Assembly: GCF_001194135.2 (NCBI RefSeq)
Contig: NC_068991.1
Location: 35,295,528-35,343,874, forward strand
Length of the DNA stretch: 48,347 nucleotides
Direction: 5' to 3'
DNA from: Octopus bimaculoides
Taxonomy: Eukaryota
The translations under genes and the position numbers were made by a program. Each line of letters opens with the position of its first letter. Position 1 is the stretch's first letter. A model generated the notes under the pieces. It was given only the letters and a program-made list of their open reading frames with translations, did not search any database and was not told where the DNA came from. Positions 1 to 13,281 of this stretch are shown here, piece by piece.

Positions 1-40
1 TATATATATTTCTATACATATATATATATATATATATATA

Positions 41-350
41 TCATCATCATCATCATCGTTTAATATCCGTTTTACATACTGGCAAGGGTTGGATGGTTTG
101 ACTGGGGTCTGGGAAGCCAAGAGGCTGCACCAGGCCCCAATCTGATCTGGCAGTGTTTCTACAGCTGGATGCTCTTCCTAACACCAACTCCGAGAGTGTA
201 GTAGGTTCTTTTTACATGCCACCAGCACAGGGACCAGAGGACCTGTCATCGACCACGATCAGATGGTGCTTTTTATGTGCCACCGGCACGGAAGCCAGTC
301 AAGGCGGTGCTGGCACCAGCCAGGTTCAGATGGTGCTTTTTACATGCCAT
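41..350 (-). mobile_element. 5'-truncated copy of the RTE-LINE 3' UTR with (GAT)n tail
   Basis: (CAT)n tail, then gtttaatatccgttttacatactggcaagggttgg...tttctacagctggatgctcttcc. Matches the reverse complement of the UTR that follows RT at 25063-25833. Confidence 0.8.
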
Positions 351-1339
351 ACAATATGTCATAAAGCTAAACCCTTTATGGATGGGAAACCTAAGGTAAT
401 CCCATAAACCGGCCTTTCCCATTTTTAATATATATATATATATATATAAAACACAAATAGGCTGAGGTTCTTTACAGCTGTTTCAGACATGTTCTTTATT
501 GATAAACAAATCAATTGCATCAAATAAAAAAATCCGTTTTCTTTAGGTGAATTAAAATTAAAATAAAATTTAACATTTAGGATTTTTCACACAAAGAGTA
601 TAGAATGTATATTGATTCACATAACAGGAAGGACAAATCTGTATATACTCTAGTATGTGAGTGTCCTTACACTCTGTTGATACATAGGTATACTGTCCTT
701 GACTCTATCTTGGTATTTTAATTATTAAATGACTGCCCTCCAGGCAGTTTTCTGCTAGTCAAACCTAGAGTGTGAATTTTACCCATCACCTCACCACCTT
801 CAAAAAGTTAACACTCCCAATGTTTCACTTTTAGCTTCTTGGAAAGTGGGAAAGTTTCTTCAGAAATAATATCATTTACCTGTTGTTTCTAGCATGTCAG
901 GTTTTCTGGTGGTTATCTGGTATCTTTTACATCAGCTATTTCAGTAGAATTCTATGCAAGTGTGAAACATCAGACGAAAGTGAAAGATTGGGAGATTTTA
1001 GCTTTTTGACAGCAAATAGGTGATGGGTGGGTGAGGTGAGGTATGGGGGGAAAACATGCAAATTAAAAAATTGCGGTGGAGTTGGGGGGAAATTAAAATT
1101 TTGAAAACGTGATTTCTTGACAAAATCGTATTAACCCCCTTTTATACGACGAAACAATATATAGTTTCTGATCCTTCTTAAGAACAGAAAGCACTTTCAT
1201 GCAAACCCGTGCAAATTGTACCTTCTCCCCCTCACTTTTAAACAGACAATAACTTCCATTATTCCATTAACTATATATCAGCTGTGCCAATTCTGCCCAT
1301 AAGAAAGGAACAAATAATACAATGGGACTGTCGATCATA

Positions 1340-1371
1340 ACACCCTAACAACGCCGGGATGCATTATTAGT
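1340..1371 (+). mobile_element. Possible degenerate Helitron 3' end
   Basis: ccctaacaacgccggg...attagt resembles the CCCGGGCAACGCCGGG hairpin plus CTAGT terminus and is followed by (TA)n. The hairpin is imperfect. Confidence 0.35.
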
Positions 1372-1783
1372 GTATATATATATATATATATATATATATN
1401 NNNNNNNNNNNNNNNNNNNNNNNNNNNNNNNNNNNNNNNNNNNNNNNNNNNNNNNNNNNNNNNNNNNNNNNNNNNNNNNNNNNNNNNNNNNNNNNNNNNN
1501 NNNNNNNNNNNNNNNNNNNNNNNNNNNNNNNNNNNNNNNNNNNNNNNNNNNNNNNNNNNNNNNNNNNNNNNNNNNNAAAATTTTCTCATAACTTCAATAT
1601 GGGAAAAAGTGTTTTACCTTGAATGCCAGTAATCTGCCATGGACTGCTTGAAGTTTCAAACTTCAAACTTCTTACTTTTGGATCCCTAGATTTTACCCTT
1701 GTGTATCAGTGCACTGCAACTGGTATGCCATAGCACACTGGTGAGCCATGAAATAATGCTAGATATGCTGCAGTGTAACCTGA

Positions 1784-1815
<32 letters not shown>

Positions 1816-2339
1816 TAATATAATTTTAAAAGGTACATGTCTGGTAACGCATGTTCAGTGACTGCTTTTATACTGACCTGGAGGGATGTTCATGACTGGA
1901 CTACAGTCTGTGCGTTCTTTTTTTGTATGCATATAAGATGCAGTTCACTTCTTTCATTTGCTTTGCATCAAAAGGGTGATGATAATGTAAATGAGATGGG
2001 CTTAATTTTTCATTACACATAAATGTAGAGAGAATAATGCTATTTATGAAGATACTGTGTTTAGTATTTGATTGGTACATCTAATTAGTGTAATTTAGTA
2101 TTTTTCTTTTCATCATACATTGCTATTAAATATCAGTAAATTTATAGAATAAATGTGACATACAGAATTGTTTAACCGTGTTTCACAACAAATGTACGAT
2201 GCTTGGGGAGAGAGTGGAGATGCTTAGTAGTGACTAATTTGTGGCAGGTTTAATAAAACATATCAACACAACTAGCCTTAAAATCTTTTAAATATTTTGA
2301 AAAGCATCAAAAAAATTTCAAATGAGTGAGTCAGCTCTG

Positions 2340-2620
2340 GTCCAGCAAACACAACATTGCATCATATTCCTGGAACTACATCATTTGAAGATATGAGAAC
2401 TGTCAGTGGTGTAGTTTGCCACACTTACTAAAATGCTGCAATAAAACTGGGCTCAGCACATAATGATCATGAAAACTTTACTCTGACAAGTTATTTACAG
2501 CCTTTGAATGACAACTTTCAGAAGATCAAATGATTGCTTTAGTGGTAGAAGATATCAATGATAGTATACAACATACATTACAGAAAACTGAACTTATTTT
2601 AAGAGAAAAAAGTTCAGCAT
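2340..2620 (+). mobile_element. Helitron Rep/helicase coding remnant
   Basis: Translation LHHIPGTTSFEDMRTVSGVVCHTY*NAAIKLG resembles the conserved Helitron segment LLHV.G.TSFEDLRTV.G...T...A....G. It contains stops. Confidence 0.6.
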
Positions 2621-3201
2621 TAAACAGTTTCATCCCCCATGCGTACACCAAACAAGTACTTAGAACATCAGTATGGGCAACCCATTCGTCTACAAGATTT
2701 TAGAAATGTTTTCACAGATTGAACGCAAAGAACAAACAATGCAGATCCATCATAGCCATTATGAAGATACCAGACTTTCGGAGCATAATTTGTAGGATTT
2801 TCCAATGCAACTAATGTACCTGAAGGACTCACTAAAATGTCAGGAATAACCTGGAGATTATACAATAATCTAAGAAAACCTATGCATAACATGTAATAGT
2901 TGCAGTAACAATATACATGAAAAATATATTCAGTAATAATTCCAGTATACTTTAATAATGCACATAATAATGCACCTTTCAATAGCAGCCAAATTTCCCT
3001 TAAACCACATTTAAAGAGTGAAACAACTGTCTTTGGGTACTCTACAGACACCATCTTTCATTGAACACTGTTCCCTCCTGCATGCAATGTGTATATTTAT
3101 GCATATACACAATAGGAATATGTAATACAACGATGTAAAATCAATGTAAAATATGCTATCTTAAAGCTAGCATGTTTGCACAGTATGTATGTGTGTATAT
3201 A

Positions 3202-5060
3202 CAGTCTACCCCTGCTCTTATGCCACCTTGATTTTCTGACAACCCCACTTACTGCCATAAAATTATTCAGACCCAATTTCTGCCAATGTTGTTAACTTAC
3301 GTTTAATTCCCCCAATTTTATGCCCCTCAATGTCCACCATCTACCAATACAGTTTGCAACACAAATCTTCCTTAGTAGCATAAAACTCCCCCAATTTACC
3401 ACCAAATCACAACAAATTTATCACCCAAACAATTTTGTCATACTTGAATAGCATTTATAAAGTTGTATGCAGAATAGAAATCTAGAGGGCACAAACCTTC
3501 AAGTCAAGCATGCTAACAGACAATAGCAAGACTGGGAAAGTAGAGCATTTAATTGATTTAGCATATGTTAACGATAAGTTGATATTCTCTGCTCATAAAA
3601 TTGGATCATAATTCATTTTTTTTGTTTTGATGAACAAGTTTATAAAAGAGATTATTTTCTTTTTAGTATCATTTTTCAACATAAATGCTATTTCATATAA
3701 ATGCAAATGCTGTGCCATTATAGTATCACAGAAAGCAGAAGTTATTAAATATTATGAAGTTCATCCAAAAGCTAGTCAACAAGGTATTGCAAATTATTTC
3801 AGTAATGCATAGGGAGAAAATATCAAATGGAGAACTATAGATGACATTATTCAGCAGAAAGCTAAGTGGAAAGTTATTGAAGATCCAGAGGCAAAATGTC
3901 AAAAACTGCCAAACACAGATTTAGAAGAAGCTCTTTTTGTATGGTTTACTAGTATTCGTACTAACAACGGTGTTATAACAGACAAAATTAAAACACTCCA
4001 ATGCAAAGAAACCTGGTCCAGAATTGAATATAAAAGATTTCACTTATTCCAATGGTTGGCTTTATAGATTTAAGCAGAGATACTCAATTAAATGTCACAT
4101 TCTTCCTGGTGAAAGTGATGGTACAGATCAACAACTCATTACTGCTGGTTTTTAGCATACTAAAGAGAAAATAAAGAAATTTGAACCAAGAAATATTTTT
4201 AATATCAATGAAACAAGTTTATTTTTTTCGCCAGTTACCTAATAAATTGCCTACAACAAAACATTTTACCAAAGACATCAAAAATCAAAAAGAAAGACTT
4301 ACAGTGGAACTAGCTTGTAATGCTGATGGCAGTGAAAAACTACAACCTCTTGTTATTGGAAGAGTGTCCAAACCCTGATGTTTTAAGAATTTCAACTACA
4401 AACTTTATGTAGATTACGACTACAGTAGCAAAGCTTGAATGAATTCCAGTATGTTTAACAGTTGGATAAGAAAATGCGACTTCAACAACGAAAAATTTTA
4501 CTGATAATAGACAATGCACCTGGACACAACATACCTGATAAACTCACCAACATAGAAGTTCACTTTCTCCCACTGATAACAATGTGCCACCTACAACCCC
4601 TAGACACCAGAATAATTCAAAGCATCAGTTAGACCAGATAATCACTCAACTAGACAAATGCAGTACTTATAACATCACTCTAACTGATGCTATTCAATGC
4701 ATCAAAAAATCTTGGGACTCTGTGACACTATCTGCTATTTCTAACTGCTGGCACTACGCTGGTCTCACCCAAAAACCCAAAAGCACAGATGCAGAAGTTG
4801 AAAACAGTGATGACGACGTCAATATACCACTAGCTGAACTGATTAAACAAACTGCTACTAAACTTAATACTGACCCTTTGTTGATGATGATTGCAGATGA
4901 GTTCATTAGCTTCGATGACAATGAAAAAACTTTTACTGAGATAAGAAATTATTGACTTGGTAAAACTGCTAGAACAAAGTGATGACGAGGAACCTGCACC
5001 AAAACCTAAACCTACAACTAAAGATATAAACAAAGCTCTGAATCTTCATGATTCGAGAGA
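3202..5060 (+). mobile_element. Decayed Tigger/pogo transposon (CENP-B-type HTH + DDE_1)
   Basis: Frameshifted fragments SQKAEVIKYY...QQGIANYF, DLEEALFVWF, YSNGWLYRFKQR, KERLTVELACNADGSEKLQPLVIG and ILLIIDNAPGH. A possible left end TA|CAGT lies at 3202; no right TIR was found. Confidence 0.85.
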
Positions 5061-5239
5061 AGTTTAAAAATTCAAAATATAAGCAAAACATGTTAGAATT
5101 ATTCAGAAAATAAATTTAAAAAATTATTTGTATTCTTTATTGTTTATCATTAAACTTTATTTGTTTAACATTAAAACATTTGTTAAAAATATTTCAACTA
5201 AAATTTAAAAGATATATTACATTAGAATTGATGTCATAA

Positions 5240-5417
5240 CAGGGGTGTAACTAGCAGAGAGGAGGAGAGAAGAGCAATATCTTCTTTTTCCTTCCCCTCT
5301 CAAATTCGAAATTTAATCCTTTTCTTTTTTATTAAGTTTTTATATGAAAATTTTGTTTACACACCAAAAATCTGATTTTGCCCATTCCCCACTTCCCAAA
5401 AGTTAACTACGCCACTG
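5240..5417. mobile_element. hAT-like MITE
   Basis: Ends CAGGGGTGTAACTAG and TTAACTACGCCACTG form an imperfect TIR. Flanking 8-mers TGTCATAA and TGTTACAA match 6/8. Confidence 0.65.
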
Positions 5418-5543
5418 TGTTACAAAAAAATTTACTATATGATTGGCTTTATGTCTACTGCAGAAAGCCTCCCTCAATTTACCGCCACTCCTGTTAAACT
5501 GCCAATTTGTCATGGTCACATTGGTAGCGGTATAACAAGGGTG

Positions 5544-5606
<63 letters not shown>

Positions 5607-5789
5607 CAAGGATTATTACAAAGTATCATGAGCATTATCTTTAATTCCTTTTCATATATCATGTGATCACGTAGACCTGCTCATGTTTCTACTGCATCTT
5701 TGTTTGTGTGTGTACATATACATACATATGTGTGTGTTTGTATGCATGTATGTCTATGTTTTTGTGTGTGTAAGCATTGTCATAATTTT

Positions 5790-5992
5790 AGCATCCACTT
5801 CTCCTTGCTTGCATGAGTAGATAGAATTTGTTAAGGCAGATTTTCTATGGCTAGATACCCTTCCTGTCACTAACCCTCGTCTGTTTCCAGGCAAGGTAAA
5901 ATGCCTCCATAGCCAGAAAGGCTGGAAATGAACAACACTTGTATGTTGGTGATGCTCATTTATAACCAACATATGATGTGAAGACAAAGGTA

Positions 5993-5995
<3 letters not shown>
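5790..5995. repeat. Dispersed ~210-bp repeat ending in (AC)n; second copy at ~38640-38865
   Basis: Both copies share gcagattttctatggct.gata..cttc.tgtcac.aa...cacctgttt...caaggtaa and gctcattta.aacca..tatgatgt.aag. Confidence 0.6.
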
Positions 5996-6068
<73 letters not shown>

Positions 6069-6603
6069 NNNNNNNNNNNNNNNNNNNNNNNNNNNNNNNN
6101 NNNNNNNNNNNNNNNNNNNNNNNNNNNNNNNNNNNNNNNNNNNNNNNNNNNNNNNNNNNNNNNNNNNNNNNNNNNNNNNNNNNNNNNNNNNNNNNNNNNN
6201 NNNNNNNNNNNNNNNNNNNNNNNNNNNNNNNNNNNNNNNNNNNNNNNNNNNNNNNNNNNNNNNNNNNNNNNNNNNNNNNNNNNNNNNNNNNNNNNNNNNN
6301 NNNNNNNNNNNNNNNNNNNNNNNNNNNNNNNNNNNNNNNNNNNNNNNNNNNNNNNNNNNNNNNNNNNNNNNNNNNNNNNNNNNNNNNNNNNNNNNNNNNN
6401 NNNNNNNNNNNNNNNNNNNNNNNNNNNNNNNNNNNNNNNNNNNNNNNNNNNNNNNNNNNNNNNNNNNNNNNNNNNNNNNNNNNNNNNNNNNNNNNNNNNN
6501 NNNNNNNNNNNNNNNNNNNNNNNNNNNNNNNNNNNNNNNNNNNNNNNNNNNNNNNNNNNNNNNNNNNNNNNNNNNNNNNNNNNNNNNNNNNNGTATGTAT
6601 ATC

Positions 6604-6649
<46 letters not shown>

Positions 6650-6881
6650 GTGTGTGAGTGTGATAGAAACTTTGGAAGGGATTTAGTAAAATAACTTCCC
6701 TAATATTTTTCTAGCATTTGAACAAATGGGTCTTAATATTAAGGTATGGTGAAGGTCTTTTTCTTTTAATATGGTAACTTTGTATTATAGAACAAGAAGC
6801 AGTTTCAACATGTGGGTATGGAAAGAGTTTTAAAAAATGTTCATTTTAATATAACTAAAATGATCATCTCTTCTTTTGCAG

Positions 6882-7151
6882 CATATTATTTCTCGACTTG
6901 AAAGTTTAGATAGTTGGACAATAACAGAGGATAAATTCGGGCAACAAACTCCAAATGGAAAAGTAAAATTTTCAAACATCATTGCTACCTTAGACCCCAA
7001 GGCACACAAACAAGTCGTCCTGGCTTGCCATTATGACTCTAAGAAATTTTATGACTTTGAATTCATTGGCGCCACTGATTCAGCTGTTCCTTGTGCATTA
7101 CTCCTGGCTTTAGTTAGGGAATTACAGTGTCTCTTCAAATATAGACAGAAG
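6882..7151 (+). CDS. QPCT: QPCT-like exon: HIISRLESLDSW...LACHYDSKKF...GATDSAVPCALLL...KYRQK
   Basis: Acceptor ttcttttgcag, donor AAG|gtaagt, 90 codons. Contains the Zn-ligand Asp (ATDS) and both conserved Cys. Confidence 0.95.
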
Positions 7152-7489
7152 GTAAGTCAGTAAATTCTTACATTTTATTGCTTTTTCCTTTCTTTCATTT
7201 TTCTTTTCTGATTACTTTTCTTTTTGTTGTATCTTTTTATATTTTTATCTTAGTGACTTCTCTCTGTCCTGCCTAACTGCCATATGTATTCATAAATAAT
7301 ATGAATTTGTGTATAATATGCAGGCATAATTCTGAAGAATGAAATCTCAGAAGAAATTGCTTATGAAAAAGTTCACACATCCTAAACAGAACAAAATAAA
7401 TTCAAAAGAGACCTGTGTAAGCTGTAAACTTTGGTGCTAACATAAAAATGACACTGAAGGAGAGCACATTTAAATTTATATAATCAATA

Positions 7490-8100
7490 GAAGGGTGAAA
7501 CTATTGGTGCCTGCGTTGTTGGGAATGTAGCTAACCTGTTCATGGTATTGTGGAATAAACAATCAAACAGTGCCTAATGGAGAAATCTGTTTCTCAAGTA
7601 ATGCATTCTTGTCATGTTGATGACATAAGCATTGTGAGTAAAACCACTGCACAAGATAGTATCCAATAAAGAGAAAACATACAATAGAAAAGATCCAGCT
7701 GATAGCAAAATCCATCCATTAATGTTACCATCAATTACCCACCTGAGTATCCCAGCAAAAGACTAACGGTTCTAGATATAGAATGACGACTAGAAAATAT
7801 GAATGGCATGAAATAAATCCAAATCTTCTACTTGGAACTATATGAAACTAATGGTCACTGAGCACTTGGTCCTCCAGAGATCTGTTATGTCAACAAATAG
7901 ACATGTTGATAGCAGACTTAGTAAGGGTCATGAGAAATGTATCTCATAAATGTTCACCTTGTGAGCTCAGGAGATATATTCAAGATTACAGAGGCTGTAC
8001 AAATACAAGAAGCAGATCCTGCATACCAAATAATATAAACAATGGATGGTGTGATGAATACCCTAATCACAACTCACCATCACTAATACAAGAGTAAGGG
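7490..8100 (+). mobile_element. Penelope-like element RT fragment (degenerate)
   Basis: Fragments VANLFMVLW, IEKIQLIAKSIH/NVTINYP...KRLTVLDIE and LIADLVRVMRNVS resemble the PLE RT palm and thumb, with frameshifts. Confidence 0.55.
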
Positions 8101-8183
8101 AACAATAAAACTAAAATCAAGGTCAACCTCCCACTGTACATGTTCTTATTTTGGTTATAACAAAAAGATGGAAATAAATAAAC

Positions 8184-11100
8184 TGTTGTGGAAGGATTCT
8201 GCCCCCCCCCCCAAGTGACTAAAAGTGGACTGACTCATTCATCATCATCACTATCATTTAACGCCTGCTTTCCATGCTAGCATGGGTTGGACAGTTTGAC
8301 TGAGGACTGGCAAGCCAGTAGGCTGATATGGCAAGCCTTCTACAGCTGGATACCCTTCCTAATGCCAACCACTCCGAGAGTGTAGTGGGTGCTTTTTACA
8401 TGCCACTGGCATTGTTATAAAATAAAGAACTATCAGCTGTTGATTGAGAGCATTGGGCCTTGTGTAATAGTAATTATATTGTGTTGCGTAAATACCCCTC
8501 CCCCAATCTTCATTGAATTATATATCCAACACCAGGATATAAAAGTGGCGACATGTTGTTTGAAGCTTGCATCGGACAGTTAAAATTTTTTTCTTGGTAT
8601 GAAACCAAAGAAAAAATCATTTTAATATTGAAGATTTATTGGCCTCTGTGGTGCAGTTACAACAGCAGCAATAACTACAACGACAACAACAACAAAACCA
8701 ACAGTTGCTGGAATTAATGTTGAAGAAGTCTGATAATATTTCAGGTTCATACTTGCCAGACAGTGTAGCAAACTCAATTGAAGAATTCAGCTGTAATCCA
8801 GAAGAAGGGATTACCTTTTCTGCATAATTTTGATGATACAAAGAAATCTTCAGGAAAGAATGTAAAAGTTGGTCTGATGAGAAAAAAGTACGACTACTTT
8901 TAAGAAAGTTATCCCCTGCCAAACATGGAAAATATAGTAATTAAATTCTGCTGAAGAAACCAAGTGAGATTCGTTTCGATGAAACAATTAATTTTTTATA
9001 AAAAATCTTCAGTGAAAGAAGTTCCCTGTTCAATACTCACTGGCAATGTTTAAATTTGGTCAGAAAAAGATGATGAAGATTATATTACTTATGCCAGAGT
9101 GGTTAACAGAGAATGTGAGAAATTCAAATTGAATGAGTTGACCCCAGACATGTTCAAGTATTTAAGTTTTGTTCAAGAGTTTACTGCAAGCAAAGATGCA
9201 GATATACATTTCCGGATTTTAATAAAACTAGAGCAGGACCTAAATTTAACTTTACAGGCAGTAGCAGAAGAATGTCAGAGGATTATAAATTTATGACTTG
9301 ATGCTGATGAAATTGAAGAAAAAGATTGCTGTCATATTCATGCGTCAACTGGTATCAGATAAAAAAAATGTCAGGACTGAATCCATGTTATAAGTGCAGT
9401 GGTCTACATTTTAAAAGTAACTGTATGTTTTAAAATATAAAATGCTTCAAGTGTGGTAAAATAGGTCATAAAAAAATCACACTGTAAAACAAAACCTAAA
9501 AAATGGTTTGACTGAAAAAAAATCACGTAAACAGGTTTATCGGTGACAAGAAATACAAATGAGCCTCAAAGGAAAGTTATGTAAAAATTAATAACAAATG
9601 TAAAGTTACAATTGGATACAGGTAGTAATATCTTGATAATTAATTCAGGTACATGGGAAATAATCAGGAGACCTAGATTAAAAGAAACTTCAAAAATTGC
9701 CCGTTGTGTTTCAGGAAAAAATTATATTTTAAGGGCAAACTGATAAGTGACATTACATTTCATGAAAAAACCTTCAAAGCCAAAGTTTTTGTGTTGAATG
9801 ATATACAACAAATTTATTTGGAACTGACTGGATAGAATTATTTAACTTATGGGATCTCTCCATAAATCTTTTCTGTAAAAATGTGAATGGTCTTTCCACC
9901 AGTACAAATAAGTTGTCAGACAAATTGAAAACAAATTAAAAAAGATTTCTCTTGAAGTTTTGTCTGATAAGTTAGGTCTGTGCACCAAAACAAAGCGAAG
10001 TTTCAAATAAAAGAAAATGTCATACCAGTATTTAAACCAAAAACAAACTGTACCATTCACAGCATTAGAACAGATAAACTTAGAGTTAGAGAGACTAGAA
10101 GAAATTAGAGTTATCCAAAAAGTGGAACACTCTAAATGGGCAGTACCAACTGTGTACTTTAAAAAAACGAATAATAAAATCAGATTGTGTGCTGATTTCT
10201 CCACTGGTTTAAATGAATGTCTTAAAACACTCCACTATCCGCTGCCTATTCTGGAGGACATATTTGCAAAGTTCAATGGTGGCAAGATATTTTCTAAATT
10301 GGATCTCTCTGACATGTACCTACAAATTAGAGTTGGTTACGCAGCTCCACTTAAGGGTGCATATTACCTTGTTGTGGTGGACAGTTTTTCAAAGTGGCTG
10401 GAAGTGCATATGTGTAAAAAGCCAACATCTGTGGTTACAGTAAGCTTTTTACACAAATTGTTTGCCAGATATGGTATTCCTGATACCATTGTGTCTAATA
10501 ATAGAACTCAATTTACATCAGATGAGTTCAGAAAATTTTGTAAAATGTTCGTCATTGAACATGTGACCACTCCGCCCTATCATCCTAGGTCAAATGGACA
10601 AGTAGAGTGTTTTGCTGACACTTTCAAGAGGGAGTTGAAAAAGGCGAACTATGAAGTAATGGACGATCTTGCACTTCAACAATTTCAAAGAGTGTACCGA
10701 GTAACACTTAATCTGAATACTCCGTCTGGAATGTCACCCACAGAAAAGTTAGGTGACAAAGTTTTTTAAAAACCTATAGATTTGGTAAAGAAAGCTGGGA
10801 GGACGGTGTAATTATTAAACAAATTGGAAGATTGTTATTCTTGATAAAAGGAAAAAATTTCAAGCATAAAAGACATTATTAACCAACTCAAAAAAAAGAT
10901 TCACGGAAAAAACAATCATGAAAAATGAAATCCCCATAGAAGTATTGTATGACACGTTTGAGGTACCAACACCCAGACAATCTGAAACAACACATTCTCG
11001 CACCAGAAAACAGGAAAGAATGGGAACAATGGAATTGAACCCTAAGAATAAGAAATATTAAAACTTTGAGCGGAGTTTAATTCTCAAAAGGAGAAAAGTT

Positions 11101-11352
11101 AGGGGACACTAATTCTAGAAAGGGGAGCTGTGGAAGGATTCCAACCATCCCCCAAGTGACTAAAGGTGGACTGACTCATTGTTATAAAATAAAGAACTGT
11201 GAGCGATTGGCAGATCGCATTGGTTAGTAGTTCACTGTGAGCCTTTGATTGAGAACATTAAGTCTCATGTAGTAGTAATTGTATTGCGTTGTGCAAATAC
11301 TTTTAACCCCCTGCTTCATTAAATTATATATCCAACACCATGATATAAAACA
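8184..11352 (+). mobile_element. Ty3/Gypsy LTR retrotransposon 1 (internally deleted, two LTRs)
   Basis: LTRs at ~8184-8544 and ~11127-11352 share tgtggaaggatt...gactgactcattgttataaaataaagaac...ttatatatccaacacca.gatataaaa. PBS-like GTGGCGAC at 8545 and PPT AGAAAGGGGAG at 11118. Gag with CCHC knuckles, protease LQLDTGS, RT N-terminus and integrase core are present. Confidence 0.9.
8240..8409 (-). mobile_element. RTE 3' UTR copy inserted into the 5' LTR of Gypsy 1
   Basis: Absent from the 3' LTR. Flanked by duplicated CATT (8236-8239 and 8410-8413). Confidence 0.85.
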
Positions 11353-11700
11353 AACTCTAATATTATAATATGTCATCAGCTCACATATTTGCCATTGAGA
11401 TCTAACATAAGAATCAGTTAAATCTAAAGCATTTGAAAATATACATCCATTGAGAGGGCTACAGGTTAGTTATTTTGAAAAATATTTTTAGGAAAAGAAA
11501 GATAGATGGGTATGTTTATAGGTTTTATTTGTATGACTCTTCTGAAATATAACCATTTGTCTATTAGTTTGTCCATCTATCTTTTGTCTGCTTTTATAAT
11601 TTATTAAACTGCTCATTGATATAATAGATTCCACTCATACTTCACTCTATAAGTATATAATTTTTATTTACAGTATATCTGTTTTAGTGCTGATTTTTAA

Positions 11701-11937
<237 letters not shown>

Positions 11938-11949
11938 TAGTTTTATTTT

Positions 11950-12960
11950 TCAATATGAAACAATCAAGTTAAATTTCTGATTAGTGTTCTTAACCAATTT
12001 GTAAAGATGAATCCTCACAGTGTTATTGAAAATTGACAACCATCTTTTCAGTTTAATATAAGACTTGGGAGAAACCTTTATATTGATGAGTTCGTGGAAG
12101 ATCCATTGATCTTCAAGTTTGTTATGAAGGTTGCCATTCATTTAACAAATGTTTTTCTCTACAACTATATATACTAACTCATATATCATCTGTGATACAT
12201 CTTGTTAATTTTCTGTTAGAATTTTTATAAATGTATTCATAAATCTCCTTTGGTCTGGTGTATATACTTTCAAGGTGATCTTGAAGTTTCGTCTTTGTAG
12301 TCCAAGTTTCAGTTCCATCAAGAAGAATGCCCTTTACATATTCCATGTAGGAGGCAAGCATTTTTGATTTGAAAATACTTGATTGCCAGATGTTTTGAAA
12401 TTTGTAAGTACACAGTGCCTTCATTGGAAAAGATATAGAAGTGACTTTTCATTGATGTTCTTGCATTCCATCTTCTTTGCATTGTAACATAGACCTACTT
12501 TTGTTGTAACCTTCTCTAAGAATGTTAACAAGTCTGACAGTTGATGAGATGTGAGGACAAGCTTATCAGCAGAGTAAACGTCAGAGGGATACATGCTCTG
12601 TTGACACCTTGATCACTTCTGCTTGATAATGAGGCCTTTGTCTTGGATGGGATTAAGATTTTACTTAAGAATGTAGTCCACCAGAACCACAAAAAGAAAA
12701 GGGATTGAGATATCTCCTTGAAGGAATCTGTCTGTTAGAAACTCTTTAGTTGAATTGGCTATGCTTTGCAAAAAAGTTGATAGGTTTTTGTACATGATGC
12801 TAATGGCTTTGACAATTTTATCTAAGATGCCATTATTCAACAAGATATAGCCTTTCTGTTGCTACTATTTGGAGAAATCCAACAATGGTAATATAATCAA
12901 AGTCTATGAGTGTTCTTTATAATAATATTCATTGTTAAAGAAAATCAAGTTTTCATCAGA
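11950..12960 (-). mobile_element. Degenerate non-LTR (RTE-like) RT fragment
   Basis: FLQGDISIPFLFVVLVDYILK (RT QGD motif) and ILLDGTETWTT (YG.ETW-type C-terminal motif). Confidence 0.65.
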
Positions 12961-13089
12961 AATGTATTCCTGTGCTAAAAGGAAGTTTACACTCAAAGAA
13001 AGTTTTGAATTATGTTCAGTCAAGCATAGCCAACAACTGTAGTTTATCAGGAAGTATTGGGGCTAAACACTGGAAAAAAAAAGTAGTAC

Positions 13090-13237
13090 TCTGTTGGTTA
13101 TGACAAACACACTTCCTTATGATCATGAGTTCAATACACAGCAATGCATTGTGTCCTTGAGCAAGACACTTTATTTTGCATTGCTCCAATCTACTCAGCT
13201 GGCAAAAATGAGTAGCACCTGTATTTCTGTTAAGGGG

Positions 13238-13281
<44 letters not shown>

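Noticed and set aside
2668-3054. 128-aa minus-strand ORF as a gene or YqaJ-like nuclease
   Set aside because: No ordered motif match and no splice context. It lies next to a plus-strand Helitron remnant.
3627-4955. Domesticated CENP-B/TIGD gene
   Set aside because: Multiple stops and frameshifts throughout indicate a dead transposon copy.
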